A stretch of 64,000 nucleotides of DNA from Auanema rhodensis (GCA_964057225.1 OZ059899.1:3720001-3784000); one strand, 5' to 3'; counted from the first letter of the stretch, positions 12,301 through 27,732 are shown. Notes: generated by a model from the sequence alone, not told the origin. Numbers and translations: made by a program.

Positions 12301-14039
12301 TGATATAAGTTCACACTTATATCCTCGATTTTCACCCTGAAGAATTAATTTTTTCGTTGAATAACATTGTCCATCGTCTTTGCCTTGAAAAATGGAATCT
12401 TAAAACATCTACTTTTTGCTAAATTATTTTGAAATTTTTCGAAAAAATTTTTGTCAAAATGTTTTTGGAAGCAATGTTGAGTGTACATGGAAACTCAACA
12501 TACACTAATGCATCATTTTTCAAACGATCATAACTAATTTTTGTATCAAGCGTTTTTCAATGTAGTATAGTGCATTCGATGCGGATTTTTAAGCTGCGTC
12601 GATCTGTGTTATCAGATTTGCGCTAGCTTAAAAATGCACCGAGATATCAACTGATATAAGTTCACACTTATATCCTCGATTTTCACCCTGAAGAAATAAT
12701 TTTTTCGTTGAATAACATTGTCCATCGTCTTTGCCTTGAAAGAAGGAATCTAAAAACATCTACTTTTTGCTAAATTATTTTGAAATTTTTCGAAAAAATT
12801 TTTGTCAAAATGTTTTTGGAAGCAATGTTGAGTGTACATGGAAACTCAACATACACTAATGCATCATTTTTCAAACGATCATAACTAATTTTTGTATTAA
12901 GCGTTTCTCAATGTAGTATAATGCATTCGATGCGGATTTTTAAGCTGCGTCGATCTGTGTTATCAGATTTGCGCTAGCTTAAAAATGCACCGAGATATCA
13001 ACTGATATAAGTTCACACTTATATCCTCGATTTTCACCCTGAAGAAATAATTTTTTCGTTGAATAACATTGTCCATCGTCTTTGCCTTGAAAAAAGGAAT
13101 CTTAAAACATCTACTTTTTGCTAAATTATTTTGAAATTTTTCGAAAAAATTTTTGTCAAAATGTTTTTGGAAGCAATGTTGAGTGTACATGGAAACTCAA
13201 CATACACTAATGCATCATTTTTCAAACGATCATAACTAATTTTTGTATTAAGCGTTTCTCAATGTAGTATAGTGCATTCGATGCGGATTTTTAAGCTGCG
13301 TCGATCTGTGTTATCAGATTTGCGCTAGCTTGAAAATGCACCGAGATATCAACTGATATAAGTTCACACTTATATCCTCGATTTTCACCCTGAAGAATTA
13401 ATTTTTTCGTTGAATAACATTGTCCATCGTCTTTGCCTTGAAAAAAGGAATCTTAAAACATCTACTTTTTGCTAAATTATTTTGAAATTTTTCGAAAAAA
13501 TTTTTGTCAAAATGTTTTTGGAAGCAATGTTGAGTGTACATGGAAACTCAACATACACTAATGCATCATTTTTCAAACGATCATAACTAATTTTTGTATT
13601 AAGCGTTTCTCAATGTAGTATAGTGCATTCGATGCGGATTTTTAAGCTGCGTCGATCTGTGTTATCAGATTTGCGCTAGCTTGAAAATGCACCGAGATAT
13701 CAACTGATATAAGTTCACACTTATATCCTCGATTTTCACCCTGAAGAATTAATTTTTTCGTTGAATAACATTGTCCATCGTCTTTGCCTTGAAAAATGGA
13801 ATCTTAAAACATCTACTTTTTGCTAAATTATTTTGAAATTTTTCGAAAAAATTTTTGTCAAAATGTTTTTGGAAGCAATGTTGAGTGTACATGGAAACTC
13901 AACATACACTAATGCATCATTTTTCAAACGATCATAACTAATTTTTGTATCAAGCGTTTTTCAATGTAGTATAGTGCATTCGATGCGGATTTTTAAGCTG
14001 CGTCGATCTGTGTTATCAGATTTGCGCTAGCTTAAAAAT

Positions 14040-17000
14040 GCACCGAGATATCAACTGATATAAGTTCACACTTATATCCTCGATTTTCACCCTGAAGAAA
14101 TAATTTTTTCGTTGAATAACATTGTCCATCGTCTTTGCCTTGAAAGAAGGAATCTAAAAACATCTACTTTTTGCTAAATTATTTTGAAATTTTTCGAAAA
14201 AATTTTTGTCAAAATGTTTTTGGAAGCAATGTTGAGTGTACATGGAAACTCAACATACACTAATGCATCATTTTTCAAACGATCATAACTAATTTTTGTA
14301 TTAAGCGTTTCTCAATGTAGTATAATGCATTCGATGCGGATTTTTAAGCTGCGTCGATCTGTGTTATCAGATTTGCGCTAGCTTAAAAATGCACCGAGAT
14401 ATCAACTGATATAAGTTCACACTTATATCCTCGATTTTCACCCTGAAGAAATAATTTTTTCGTTGAATAACATTGTCCATCGTCTTTGCCTTGAAAAATG
14501 GAATCTTAAAACATCTACTTTTTGCTAAATTATTTTGAAATTTTTCGAAAAAATTTTTGTCAAAATGTTTTTGGAAGCAATGTTGAGTGTACATGGAAAC
14601 TCAACATACACTAATGCATCATTTTTCAAACGATCATAACTAATTTTTGTATTAAGCGTTTCTCAATGTAGTATAGTGCATTCGATGCGGATTTTTAAGC
14701 TGCGTCGATCTGTGTTATCAGATTTGCGCTAGCTTGAAAATGCACCGAGATATCAACTGATATAAGTTCACACTTATATCCTCGATTTTCACCCTGAAGA
14801 ATTAATTTTTTCGTTGAATAACATTGTCCATCGTCTTTGCCTTGAAAAAAGGAATCTAAAAACATCTACTTTTTGCTAAATTATTTTGAAATTTTTCGAA
14901 AAAATGTTTGTCAAAATGTTTTTGGAAGCAATGTTGAGTGTACATGGAAACTCAACATACCCTAATGCATCATTTTTCAAACGATCATAACTAATTTTTG
15001 TATTAAGCGTTTCTCAATGTAGTATAGTGAATTCGATGCGGATTTTTAAGCTGCGTCGATCTGTGTTATCAGATTTGCGCTAGCTTAAAAATGCACCGAG
15101 ATATCAACTGATATAAGTTCACACTTATATCCTCGATTTTCACCCTGAAGAAATAATTTTTTCGTTGAATAACATTGTCCATCGTCTTTGCCTTGAAAGA
15201 AGGAATCTAAAAACATCTACTTTTTGCTAAATTATTTTGAAATTTTTCGAAAAAATTTTTGTCAAAATGTTTTTGGAAGCAATGTTGAGTGTACATGGAA
15301 ACTCAACATACACTAATGCATCATTTTTCAAACGATCATAACTAATTTTTGTATTAAGCGTTTCTCAATGTAGTATAATGCATTCGATGCGGATTTTTAA
15401 GCTGCGTCGATCTGTGTTATCAGATTTGCGCTAGCTTAAAAATGCACCGAGATATCAACTGATATAAGTTCACACTTATATCCTCGATTTTCACCCTGAA
15501 GAAATAATTTTTTCGTTGAATAACATTGTCCATCGTCTTTGCCTTGAAAAATGGAATCTTAAAACATCTACTTTTTGCTAAATTATTTTGAAATTTTTCG
15601 AAAAAATTTTTGTCAAAATGTTTTTGGAAGCAATGTTGAGTGTACATGGAAACTCAACATACACTAATGCATCATTTTTCAAACGATCATAACTAATTTT
15701 TGTATTAAGCGTTTCTCAATGTAGTATAGTGCATTCGATGCGGATTTTTAAGCTGCGTCGATCTGTGTTATCAGATTTGCGCTAGCTTGAAAATGCACCG
15801 AGATATCAACTGATATAAGTTCACACTTATATCCTCGATTTTCACCCTGAAGAATTAATTTTTTCGTTGAATAACATTGTCCATCGTCTTTGCCTTGAAA
15901 AAAGGAATCTAAAAACATCTACTTTTTGCTAAATTATTTTGAAATTTTTCGAAAAAATGTTTGTCAAAATGTTTTTGGAAGCAATGTTGAGTGTACATGG
16001 AAACTCAACATACCCTAATGCATCATTTTTCAAACGATCATAACTAATTTTTGTATTAAGCGTTTCTCAATGTAGTATAGTGAATTCGATGCGGATTTTT
16101 AAGCTGCGTCGATCTGTGTTATCAGATTTGCGCTAGCTTAAAAATGCACCGAGATATCAACTGATATAAGTTCACACTTATATCCTCGATTTTCACCCTG
16201 AAGAAATAATTTTTTCGTTGAATAACATTGTCCATCGTCTTTGCCTTGAAAAATGGAATCTTAAAACATCTACTTTTTGCTAAATTATTTTGAAATTTTT
16301 CGAAAAAATTTTTGTCAAAATGTTTTTGGAAGCAATGTTGAGTGTACATGGAAACTCAACATACACTAATGCATCATTTTTCAAACGATCATAACTAATT
16401 TTTGTATTAAGCGTTTCTCAATGTAGTATAATGCATTCGATGCGGATTTTTAAGCTGCGTCGATCTGTGTTATCAGATTTGCGCTAGCTTGAAAATGCAC
16501 CGAGATATCAACTGATATAAGTTCACACTTATATCCTCGATTTTCACCCTGAAGAATTAATTTTTTCGTTGAATAACATTGTCCATCGTCTTTGCCTTGA
16601 AAAATGGAATCTTAAAACATCTACTTTTTGCTAAATTATTTTGAAATTTTTCGAAAAAATTTTTGTCAAAATGTTTTTGGAAGCAATGTTGAGTGTACAT
16701 GGAAACTCAACATACACTAATGCATCATTTTTCAAACGATCATAACTAATTTTTGTATCAAGCGTTTCTTAATGTAGTATTGTGCATTCGATCCGGATTT
16801 TTAAGCTGCGTCGATCTGTGTTATCAGATTTGCGCTAGCTTAAAAATGCACCGAGATATCAACTGATATAAGTTCACACTTATATCCTCGATTTTCACCC
16901 TGAAGAAATAATTTTTTCGTTGAATAACATTGTCCATCGTCTTTGCCTTGAAAAAAGGAATCTAAAAACATCTACTTTTTGCTAAATTATTTTGAAATTT

Positions 17001-18602
17001 TTCGAAAAAATGTTTGTCAAAATGTTTTTGGAAGCAATGTTGAGTGTACATGGAAACTCAACATACACTAATGCATCATTTTTCAAACGATCATAACTAA
17101 TTTTTGTATTAAGCGTTTCTCAATGTAGTATAGTGCATTCGATGCGGATTTTTAAGCTGCGTCGATCTGTGTTATCAGATTTGCGCTAGCTTAAAAATGC
17201 ACCGAGATATCAACTGATATAAGTTCACACTTATATCCTCGATTTTCACCCTGAAGAAATAATTTTTTCGTTGAATAACATTGTCCATCGTCTTTGCCTT
17301 GAAAAATGGAATCTTAAAACATCTACTTTTTGCTAAATTATTTTGAAATTTTTCGAAAAAATTTTTGTCAAAATGTTTTTGGAAGCAATGTTGAGTGTAC
17401 ATGGAAACTCAACATACACTAATGCATCATTTTTCAAACGATCATAACTAATTTTTGTATTAAGCGTTTCTCAATGTAGTATAGTGCATTCGATGCGGAT
17501 TTTTAAGCTGCGTCGATCTGTGTTATCAGATTTGCGCTAGCTTAAAAATGCACCGAGATATCAACTGATATAAGTTCACACTTATATCCTCGATTTTCAC
17601 CCTGAAGAATTAATTTTTTCGTTGAATAACATTGTCCATCGTCTTTGCCTTGAAAAATGGAATCTTAAAACATCTACTTTTTGCTAAATTATTTTGAAAT
17701 TTTTCGAAAAAATTTTTGTCAAAATGTTTTTGGAAGCAATGTTGAGTGTACATGGAAACTCAACATACACTAATGCATCATTTTTCAAACGATCATAACT
17801 AATTTTTGTATCAAGCGTTTCTTAATGTAGTATTGTGCATTCGATCCGGATTTTTAAGCTGCGTCGATCTGTGTTATCAGATTTGCGCTAGCTTAAAAAT
17901 GCACCGAGATATCAACTGATATAAGTTCACACTTATATCCTCGATTTTCACCCTGAAGAAATAATTTTTTCGTTGAATAACATTGTCCATCGTCTTTGCC
18001 TTGAAAAAAGGAATCTAAAAACATCTACTTTTTGCTAAATTATTTTGAAATTTTTCGAAAAAATGTTTGTCAAAATGTTTTTGGAAGCAATGTTGAGTGT
18101 ACATGGAAACTCAACATACACTAATGCATCATTTTTCAAACGATCATAACTAATTTTTGTATTAAGCGTTTCTCAATGTAGTATAGTGCATTCGATGCGG
18201 ATTTTTAAGCTGCGTCGATCTGTGTTATCAGATTTGCGCTAGCTTAAAAATGCACCGAGATATCAACTGATATAAGTTCACACTTATATCCTCGATTTTC
18301 ACCCTGAAGAAATAATTTTTTCGTTGAATAACATTGTCCATCGTCTTTGCCTTGAAAAATGGAATCTTAAAACATCTACTTTTTGCTAAATTATTTTGAA
18401 ATTTTTCGAAAAAATTTTTGTCAAAATGTTTTTGGAAGCAATGTTGAGTGTACATGGAAACTCAACATACACTAATGCATCATTTTTCAAACGATCATAA
18501 CTAATTTTTGTATTAAGCGTTTCTCAATGTAGTATAGTGCATTCGATGCGGATTTTTAAGCTGCGTCGATCTGTGTTATCAGATTTGCGCTAGCTTAAAA
18601 AT
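14040..18602 (+). repeat. Two successive trimer (1053-bp) duplications
   Basis: 14040-15092 and 15093-16145 share 107G, 346G and 165G+220C+289A (the last creates GAATTC). 16497-17549 and 17550-18602 share the 4-SNP haplotype followed by 165G. Confidence 0.8.
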
Positions 18603-21410
18603 GCACCGAGATATCAACTGATATAAGTTCACACTTATATCCTCGATTTTCACACTGAAGAAATAATTTTTTCGTTGAATAACATTGTCCATCGTCTTTG
18701 CCTTGAAAAATGGAATCTTAAAACATCTACTTTTTGCTAAATTATTTTGAAATTTTTCGAAAAAATTTTTGTCAAAATGTTTTTGGAAGCAATGTTGAGT
18801 GTACATGGAAACTCAACATACACTAATGCATCATTTTTCAAACGATCATAACTAATTTTTGTATTAAGCGTTTCTCAATGTAGTATAGTGCATTAGATGC
18901 GGATTTTTAAGCTGCGTCGATCTGTGTTATCAGATTTGCGCTAGCTTAAAAATGCACCGAGATATCAACTGATATAAGTTCACACTTATATCCTCGATTT
19001 TCACCCTGAAGAAATAATTTTTTCGTTGAATAACATTGTCCATCGTCTTTGCCTTGAAAAAAGGAATCTAAAAACATCTACTTTTTGCTAAATTATTTTG
19101 AAATTTTTCGAAAAAATTTTTGTCAAAATGTTTTTGGAAGCAATGTTGAGTGTACATGGAAACTCAACATACACTAATGCATCATTTTTCAAACGATCAT
19201 AACTAATTTTTGTATTAAGCGTTTCTCAATGTAGTATAGTGCATTCGATGCGGATTTTTAAGCTGCGTCGATCTGTGTTATCAGATTTGCGCTAGCTTAA
19301 AAATGCACCGAGATATCAACTGATATAAGTTCACACTTATATCCTCGATTTTCACCCTGAAGAAATAATTTTTTCGTTGAATAACATTGTCCATCGTCTT
19401 TGCCTTGAAAAATGGAATCTTAAAACATCTACTTTTTGCTAAATTATTTTGAAATTTTTCGAAAAAATTTTTGTCAAAATGTTTTTGGAAGCAATGTTGA
19501 GTGTACATGGAAACTCAACATACACTAATGCATCATTTTTCAAACGATCATAACTAATTTTTGTATTAAGCGTTTCTCAATGTAGTATAGTGCATTAGAT
19601 GCGGATTTTTAAGCTGCGTCGATCTGTGTTATCAGATTTGCGCTAGCTTAAAAATGCACCGAGATATCAACTGATATAAGTTCACACTTATATCCTCGAT
19701 TTTCACCCTGAAGAAATAATTTTTTCGTTGAATAACATTGTCCATCGTCTTTGCCTTGAAAAATGGAATCTTAAAACATCTACTTTTTGCTAAATTATTT
19801 TGAAATTTTTCGAAAAAATTTTTGTCAAAATGTTTTTGGAAGCAATGTTGAGTGTACATGGAAACTCAACATACACTAATGCATCATTTTTCAAACGATC
19901 ATAACTAATTTTTGTATCAAGCGTTTTTCAATGTAGTATAGTGCATTCGATGCGGATTTTTAAGCTGCGTCGATCTGTGTTATCAGATTTGCGCTAGCTT
20001 AAAAATGCACCGAGATATCAACTGATATAAGTTCACACTTATATCCTCGATTTTCACCCTGAAGAAATAATTTTTTCGTTGAATAACATTGTCCATCGTC
20101 TTTGCCTTGAAAAAAGGAATCTAAAAACATCTACTTTTTGCTAAATTATTTTGAAATTTTTCGAAACAATTTTTGTCAAAATGTTTTTGGAAGCAATGTT
20201 GAGTGTACATGGAAACTCAACATACACTAATGCATCATTTTTCAAACGATCATAACTAATTTTTGTATCAAGCGTTTCTCAATGTAGTATAGTGCATTCG
20301 ATGCGGATTTTTAAGCTGCGTCGATCTGTGTTATCAGATTTGCGCTAGCTTAAAAATGCACCGAGATATCAACTGATATAAGTTCACACTTATATCCTCG
20401 ATTTTCACCCTGAAGAAATAATTTTTTCGTTGAATAACATTGTCCATCGTCTTTGCCTTGAAAAATGGAATCTTAAAACATCTACTTTTTGCTAAATTAT
20501 TTTGAAATTTTTCGAAAAAATTTTTGTCAAAATGTTTTTGGAAGCAATGTTGAGTGTACATGGAAACTCAACATACACTAATGCATCATTTTTCAAACGA
20601 TCATAACTAATTTTTGTATTAAGCGTTTCTCAATGTAGTATAGTGCATTCGATGCGGATTTTTAAGCTGCGTCGATCTGTGTTATCAGATTTGCGCTAGC
20701 TTAAAAATGCACCGAGATATCAACTGATATAAGTTCACACTTATATCCTCGATTTTCACCCTGAAGAAATAATTTTTTCGTTGAATAACATTGTCCATCG
20801 TCTTTGCCTTGAAAAATGGAATCTTAAAACATCTACTTTTTGCTAAATTATTTTGAAATTTTTCGAAAAAATTTTTGTCAAAATGTTTTTGGAAGCAATG
20901 TTGAGTGTACATGGAAACTCAACATACACTAATGCATCATTTTTCAAACGATCATAACTAATTTTTGTATCAAGCGTTTCTTAATGTAGTATTGTGCATT
21001 CGATCCGGATTTTTAAGCTGCGTCGATCTGTGTTATCAGATTTGCGCTAGCTTAAAAATGCACCGAGATATCAACTGATATAAGTTCACACTTATATCCT
21101 CGATTTTCACCCTGAAGAAATAATTTTTTCGTTGAATAACATTGTCCATCGTCTTTGCCTTGAAAAAAGGAATCTAAAAACATCTACTTTTTGCTAAATT
21201 ATTTTGAAATTTTTCGAAAAAATTTTTGTCAAAATGTTTTTGGAAGCAATGTTGAGTGTACATGGAAACTCAACATACACTAATGCATCATTTTTCAAAC
21301 GATCATAACTAATTTTTGTATTAAGCGTTTCTCAATGTAGTATAGTGCATTCGATGCGGATTTTTAAGCTGCGTCGATCTGTGTTATCAGATTTGCGCTA
21401 GCTTAAAAAT

Positions 21411-24218
21411 GCACCGAGATATCAACTGATATAAGTTCACACTTATATCCTCGATTTTCACCCTGAAGAAATAATTTTTTCGTTGAATAACATTGTCCAT
21501 CGTCTTTGCCTTGAAAAAAGGAATCTAAAAACATCTACTTTCTGCTAAATTATTTTGAAATTTTTCGAAAAAATTTTTGTCAAAATGTTTTTGGAAGCAA
21601 TGTTGAGTGTACATGGAAACTCAACATACACTAATGCATCATTTTTCAAACGATCATAACTAATTTTTGTATTAAGCGTTTCTCAATGTAGTATAGTGCA
21701 TTCGATGCGGATTTTTAAGCTGCGTCGATCTGTGTTATCAGATTTGCGCTAGCTTAAAAATGCACCGAGATATCAACTGATATAAGTTCACACTTATATC
21801 CTCGATTTTCACCCTGAAGAAATAATTTTTTCGTTGAATAACATTGTCCATCGTCTTTGCCTTGAAAAATGGAATCTTAAAACATCTACTTTTTGCTAAA
21901 TTATTTTGAAATTTTTCGAAAAAATTTTTGTCAAAATGTTTTTGGAAGCAATGTTGAGTGTACATGGAAACTCAACATACACTAATGCATCATTTTTCAA
22001 ACGATCATAACTAATTTTTGTATTAAGCGTTTCTCAATGTAGTATAGTGCATTAGATGCGGATTTTTAAGCTGCGTCGATCTGTGTTATCAGATTTGCGC
22101 TAGCTTAAAAATGCACCGAGATATCAACTGATATAAGTTCACACTTATATCCTCGATTTTCACCCTGAAGAAATAATTTTTTCGTTGAATAACATTGTCC
22201 ATCGTCTTTGCCTTGAAAAATGGAATCTTAAAACATCTACTTTTTGCTAAATTATTTTGAAATTTTTCGAAAAAATTTTTGTCAAAATGTTTTTGGAAGC
22301 AATGTTGAGTGTACATGGAAACTCAACATACACTAATGCATCATTTTTCAAACGATCATAACTAATTTTTGTATTAAGCGTTTCTCAATGTAGTATAGTG
22401 CATTCGATGCGGATTTTTAAGCTGCGTCGATCTGTGTTATCAGATTTGCGCTAGCTTAAAAATGCACCGAGATATCAACTGATATAAGTTCACACGTATA
22501 TCCTCGATTTTCACCCTGAAGAAATAATTTTTTCGTTGAATAACATTGTCCATCGTCTTTGCCTTGAAAAAAGGAATCTAAAAACATCTACTTTTTGCTA
22601 AATTATTTTGAAATTTTTCGAAACAATTTTTGTCAAAATGTTTTTGGAAGCAATGTTGAGTGTACATGGAAACTCAACATACACTAATGCATCATTTTTC
22701 AAACGATCATAACTAATTTTTGTATTAAGCGTTTCTCAATGTAGTATAGTGCATTCGATGCGGATTTTTAAGCTGCGTCGATCTGTGTTATCAGATTTGC
22801 GCTAGCTTAAAAATGCACCGAGATATCAACTGATATAAGTTCACACTTATATCCTCGATTTTCACCCTGAAGAAATAATTTTTTCGTTGAATAACATTGT
22901 CCATCGTCTTTGCCTTGAAAAAAGGAATCTAAAAACATCTACTTTCTGCTAAATTATTTTGAAATTTTTCGAAAAAATTTTTGTCAAAATGTTTTTGGAA
23001 GCAATGTTGAGTGTACATGGAAACTCAACATACACTAATGCATCATTTTTCAAACGATCATAACTAATTTTTGTATTAAGCGTTTCTCAATGTAGTATAG
23101 TGCATTCGATGCGGATTTTTAAGCTGCGTCGATCTGTGTTATCAGATTTGCGCTAGCTTAAAAATGCACCGAGATATCAACTGATATAAGTTCACACTTA
23201 TATCCTCGATTTTCACCCTGAAGAAATAATTTTTTCGTTGAATAACATTGTCCATCGTCTTTGCCTTGAAAAATGGAATCTTAAAACATCTACTTTTTGC
23301 TAAATTATTTTGAAATTTTTCGAAAAAATTTTTGTCAAAATGTTTTTGGAAGCAATGTTGAGTGTACATGGAAACTCAACATACACTAATGCATCATTTT
23401 TCAAACGATCATAACTAATTTTTGTATTAAGCGTTTCTCAATGTAGTATAGTGCATTAGATGCGGATTTTTAAGCTGCGTCGATCTGTGTTATCAGATTT
23501 GCGCTAGCTTAAAAATGCACCGAGATATCAACTGATATAAGTTCACACTTATATCCTCGATTTTCACCCTGAAGAAATAATTTTTTCGTTGAATAACATT
23601 GTCCATCGTCTTTGCCTTGAAAAATGGAATCTTAAAACATCTACTTTTTGCTAAATTATTTTGAAATTTTTCGAAAAAATTTTTGTCAAAATGTTTTTGG
23701 AAGCAATGTTGAGTGTACATGGAAACTCAACATACACTAATGCATCATTTTTCAAACGATCATAACTAATTTTTGTATTAAGCGTTTCTCAATGTAGTAT
23801 AGTGCATTCGATGCGGATTTTTAAGCTGCGTCGATCTGTGTTATCAGATTTGCGCTAGCTTAAAAATGCACCGAGATATCAACTGATATAAGTTCACACG
23901 TATATCCTCGATTTTCACCCTGAAGAAATAATTTTTTCGTTGAATAACATTGTCCATCGTCTTTGCCTTGAAAAAAGGAATCTAAAAACATCTACTTTTT
24001 GCTAAATTATTTTGAAATTTTTCGAAACAATTTTTGTCAAAATGTTTTTGGAAGCAATGTTGAGTGTACATGGAAACTCAACATACACTAATGCATCATT
24101 TTTCAAACGATCATAACTAATTTTTGTATTAAGCGTTTCTCAATGTAGTATAGTGCATTCGATGCGGATTTTTAAGCTGCGTCGATCTGTGTTATCAGAT
24201 TTGCGCTAGCTTAAAAAT
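21411..24218 (+). repeat. Tetramer (1404-bp) duplication
   Basis: The series 132C / 293A / consensus / 33G+161C occurs at 21411 and again at 22815. Confidence 0.8.
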
Positions 24219-25271
24219 GCACCGAGATATCAACTGATATAAGTTCACACTTATATCCTCGATTTTCACCCTGAAGAAATAATTTTTTCGTTGAATAACA
24301 TTGTCCATCGTCTTTGCCTTGAAAAATGGAATCTTAAAACATCTACTTTTTGCTAAATTATTTTGAAATTTTTCGAAAAAATTTTTGTCAAAATGTTTTT
24401 GGAAGCAATGTTGAGTGTACATGGAAACTCAACATACACTAATGCATCATTTTTCAAACGATCATAACTAATTTTTGTATTAAGCGTTTCTCAATGTAGT
24501 ATAGTGCATTAGATGCGGATTTTTAAGCTGCGTCGATCTGTGTTATCAGATTTGCGCTAGCTTAAAAATGCACCGAGATATCAACTGATATAAGTTCACA
24601 CTTATATCCTCGATTTTCACCCTGAAGAAATAATTTTTTCGTTGAATAACATTGTCCATCGTCTTTGCCTTGAAAAAAGGAATCTAAAAACATCTACTTT
24701 TTGCTAAATTATTTTGAAATTTTTCGAAAAAATTTTTGTCAAAATGTTTTTGGAAGCAATGTTGAGTGTACATGGAAACTCAACATACACTAATGCATCA
24801 TTTTTCAAACGAGCATAACTAATTTTTGTATTAAGCGTTTCTCAATGTAGTATAGTGCATTCGATGCGGATTTTTAAGCTGCGTCGATCTGTGTTATCAG
24901 ATTTGCGCTAGCTTAAAAATGCACCGAGATATCAACTGATATAAGTTCACACTTATATCCTCGATTTTCACCCTGAAGAAATAATTTTTTCGTTGAATAA
25001 CATTGTCCATCGTCTTTGCCTTGAAAAATGGAATCTTAACACATCTACTTTTTGCTAAATTATTTTGAAATTTTTCGAAAAAATTTTTGTCAAAATGTTT
25101 TTGGAAGCAATGTTGAGTGTACATGGAAACTCAACATACACTAATGCATCATTTTTCAAACGATCATAACTAATTTTTGTATTAAGCGTTTCTCAATGTA
25201 GTATAGTGCATTCGATGCGGATTTTTAAGCTGCGTCGATCTGTGTTATCAGAGTTGCGCTAGCTTAAAAAT

Positions 25272-27732
25272 GCACCGAGATATCAACTGATATATGTTAA
25301 CACATATATACCCGATTTTCACCCTGAAGAATTAATTTTTTCGTTGAATAACCTTGTCCATCGTCTTTGCCTTGAAAAATGGAATCTAAAAACATCTACT
25401 TTTTGCTAAATTATTTTGAAATTTTTCGAAAAAATTTTTGTCAAAATGTTTTTGGAAGCAATGTTGAGTGTACATGGAAACTCAACATACACTAATGCAT
25501 CATTTTTCAAACGATCATAACTGATTTTTGTATTAAGCGTTTCTCAATGTAGTATAATGCATTCGATGCGGATTTTTAAGCTGCGTCGATCTGTGTTATC
25601 AGATTTGCGCTAGCTTAAAAATGCACCGAGATATCAACTGATATATGTTCACACATATATACCCGATTTTCACCCTGAAGAATTAATTTTTTCGTTGAAT
25701 AACCTTGTCCATCGTCTTTGCCTTGAAAAATGGAATCTAAAAACATCTACTTTTTGCTAAATTATTTTGAAATTTTTCGAAAAAATTTTTGTCAAAATGT
25801 TTTAGGAAGCAATGTTGAGTGTACATGGAAACTCAACATACACTAATGCATCATTTTTCAAACGATCATAACTAATTTTTGTATTAAGCGTTTCTCAATG
25901 TAGTATAGTGCATTCGATGCGGATTTTCAAGCTGCGTCGATCTGTGTTATCAGATTTGCGCTAGCTTAAAAATGCACCGAGATATCAACTGATATAAGTT
26001 CACACATATATACCCGATTTTCACCCTGAAGAATTAATTTTTTCGTTGAATAACATTGTCCATCGTCTTTGCCTTGAAAAAAGGAATCTAAAAACATCTA
26101 CTTTTTGCTAAATTATTTTGAAATTTTTCGAAAAAATTTTTGTCAAAATGTTTTTGGAAGCAATGTTGAGTGTACATGGAAACTCAACATACACTAATGC
26201 ATCATTTTTCAAACGATCATAACTAATTTTTGTATTAAGCGTTTCTCAATGTAGTATAGTGCATTCGATGCGGATTTTCAAGCTGCGTCGATCTGTGTTA
26301 TCAGATTTGCGCTAGCTTAAAAATGCACCGAGATATCAACTGATATAAGTTCACACATATACATATACCCGATTTTCACCCTGAAGAATTAATTTTTTCG
26401 TTGAATAACATTGTCCATCGTCTTTGCCTTGAAAAATGGAATCTAAAAACATCTACTTTTTGCTAAATTATTTTGAAATTTTTCGAAAAAATTTTTGTCA
26501 AAATGTTTTAGGAAGCAATGTTGAGTGTACATGGAAACTCAACATACACTAATGCATCATTTTTCAAACGATCATAACTAATTTTTGTATTAAGCGTTTC
26601 TCAATGTAGTATAGTGCATTCGATGCGGATTTTTAAGCTGCGTCGATCTGTGTTATCAGATTTGCGCTAGCTTAAAAATGCACCGAGATATCAACTGATA
26701 TATGTTCACACATATATACCCGATTTTCACCCTGAAGAATTAATTTTTTCGTTGAATAACCTTGTCCATCGTCTTTGCCTTGAAAAATGGAATCTAAAAA
26801 CATCTACTTTTTGCTAAATTTTTTTGAAATTTTTCGAAAAAATTTTTGTCAAAATGTTTTTGGAAGCAATGTTGAGTGTACATGGAAACTCAACATACAC
26901 TAATGCATCATTTTTCAAACGATCATAACTAATTTTTGTATTAGGCGTTTCTCAATGTAGTATAGTGCATTCGATGCGGATTTTTAAGCTGCGTCGATCT
27001 GTGTTATCAGATTTGCGCTAGCTTAAAAATGCACCGAGATATCAACTGATATATGTTCACACATATATACCCGATTTTCACCCTGAAGAATTAATTTTTT
27101 CGTTGAATAACCTTGTCCATCGTCTTTGCCTTGAAAAATGGAATCTAAAAACATCTACTTTTTGCTAAATTATTTTGAAATTTTTCGAAAAAATTTTTGT
27201 CAAAATGTTTTTGGAAGCAATGTTGAGTGTACATGGAAACTCAACATACACTAATGCATCATTTTTCAAACGATCATAACTAATTTTTGTATTAAGCGTT
27301 TCTCAATGTAGTATAGTGCATTCGATGCGGATTTTTAAGCTGCGTCGATCTGTGTTATCAGATTTGCGCTAGCTTAAAAATGCACCGAGATATCAACTGA
27401 TATATGTTCACACATATATACCCGATTTTCACCCTGAAGAATTAATTTTTTCGTTGAATAACCTTGTCCATCGTCTTTGCCTTGAAAAATGGAATCTAAA
27501 AACATCTACTTTTTGCTAAATTTTTTTGAAATTTTTCGAAAAAATTTTTGTCAAAATGTTTTTGGAAGCAATGTTGAGTGTACATGGAAACTCAACATAC
27601 ACTAATGCATCATTTTTCAAACGATCATAACTAATTTTTGTATTAAGCGTTTCTCAATGTAGTATAATGCATTCGATGCGGATTTTTAAGCTGCGTCGAT
27701 CTGTGTTATCAGATTTGCGCTAGCTTAAAAAT
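25272..27732 (+). repeat. Divergent satellite subfamily island (7 monomers)
   Basis: All 7 copies carry ACATATATACCCG (one with a 4-bp insertion) instead of ACTTATATCCTCG, plus 61T. Five also carry 24T and 82C, and six carry the otherwise uncommon 109T/117A combination. Confidence 0.93.

Noticed and set aside
25923-25973. 306C and 346G as a second compensatory pair in dyad 4
   Set aside because: The positions are pairing partners, but I only saw the two alleles in different monomers, never together.
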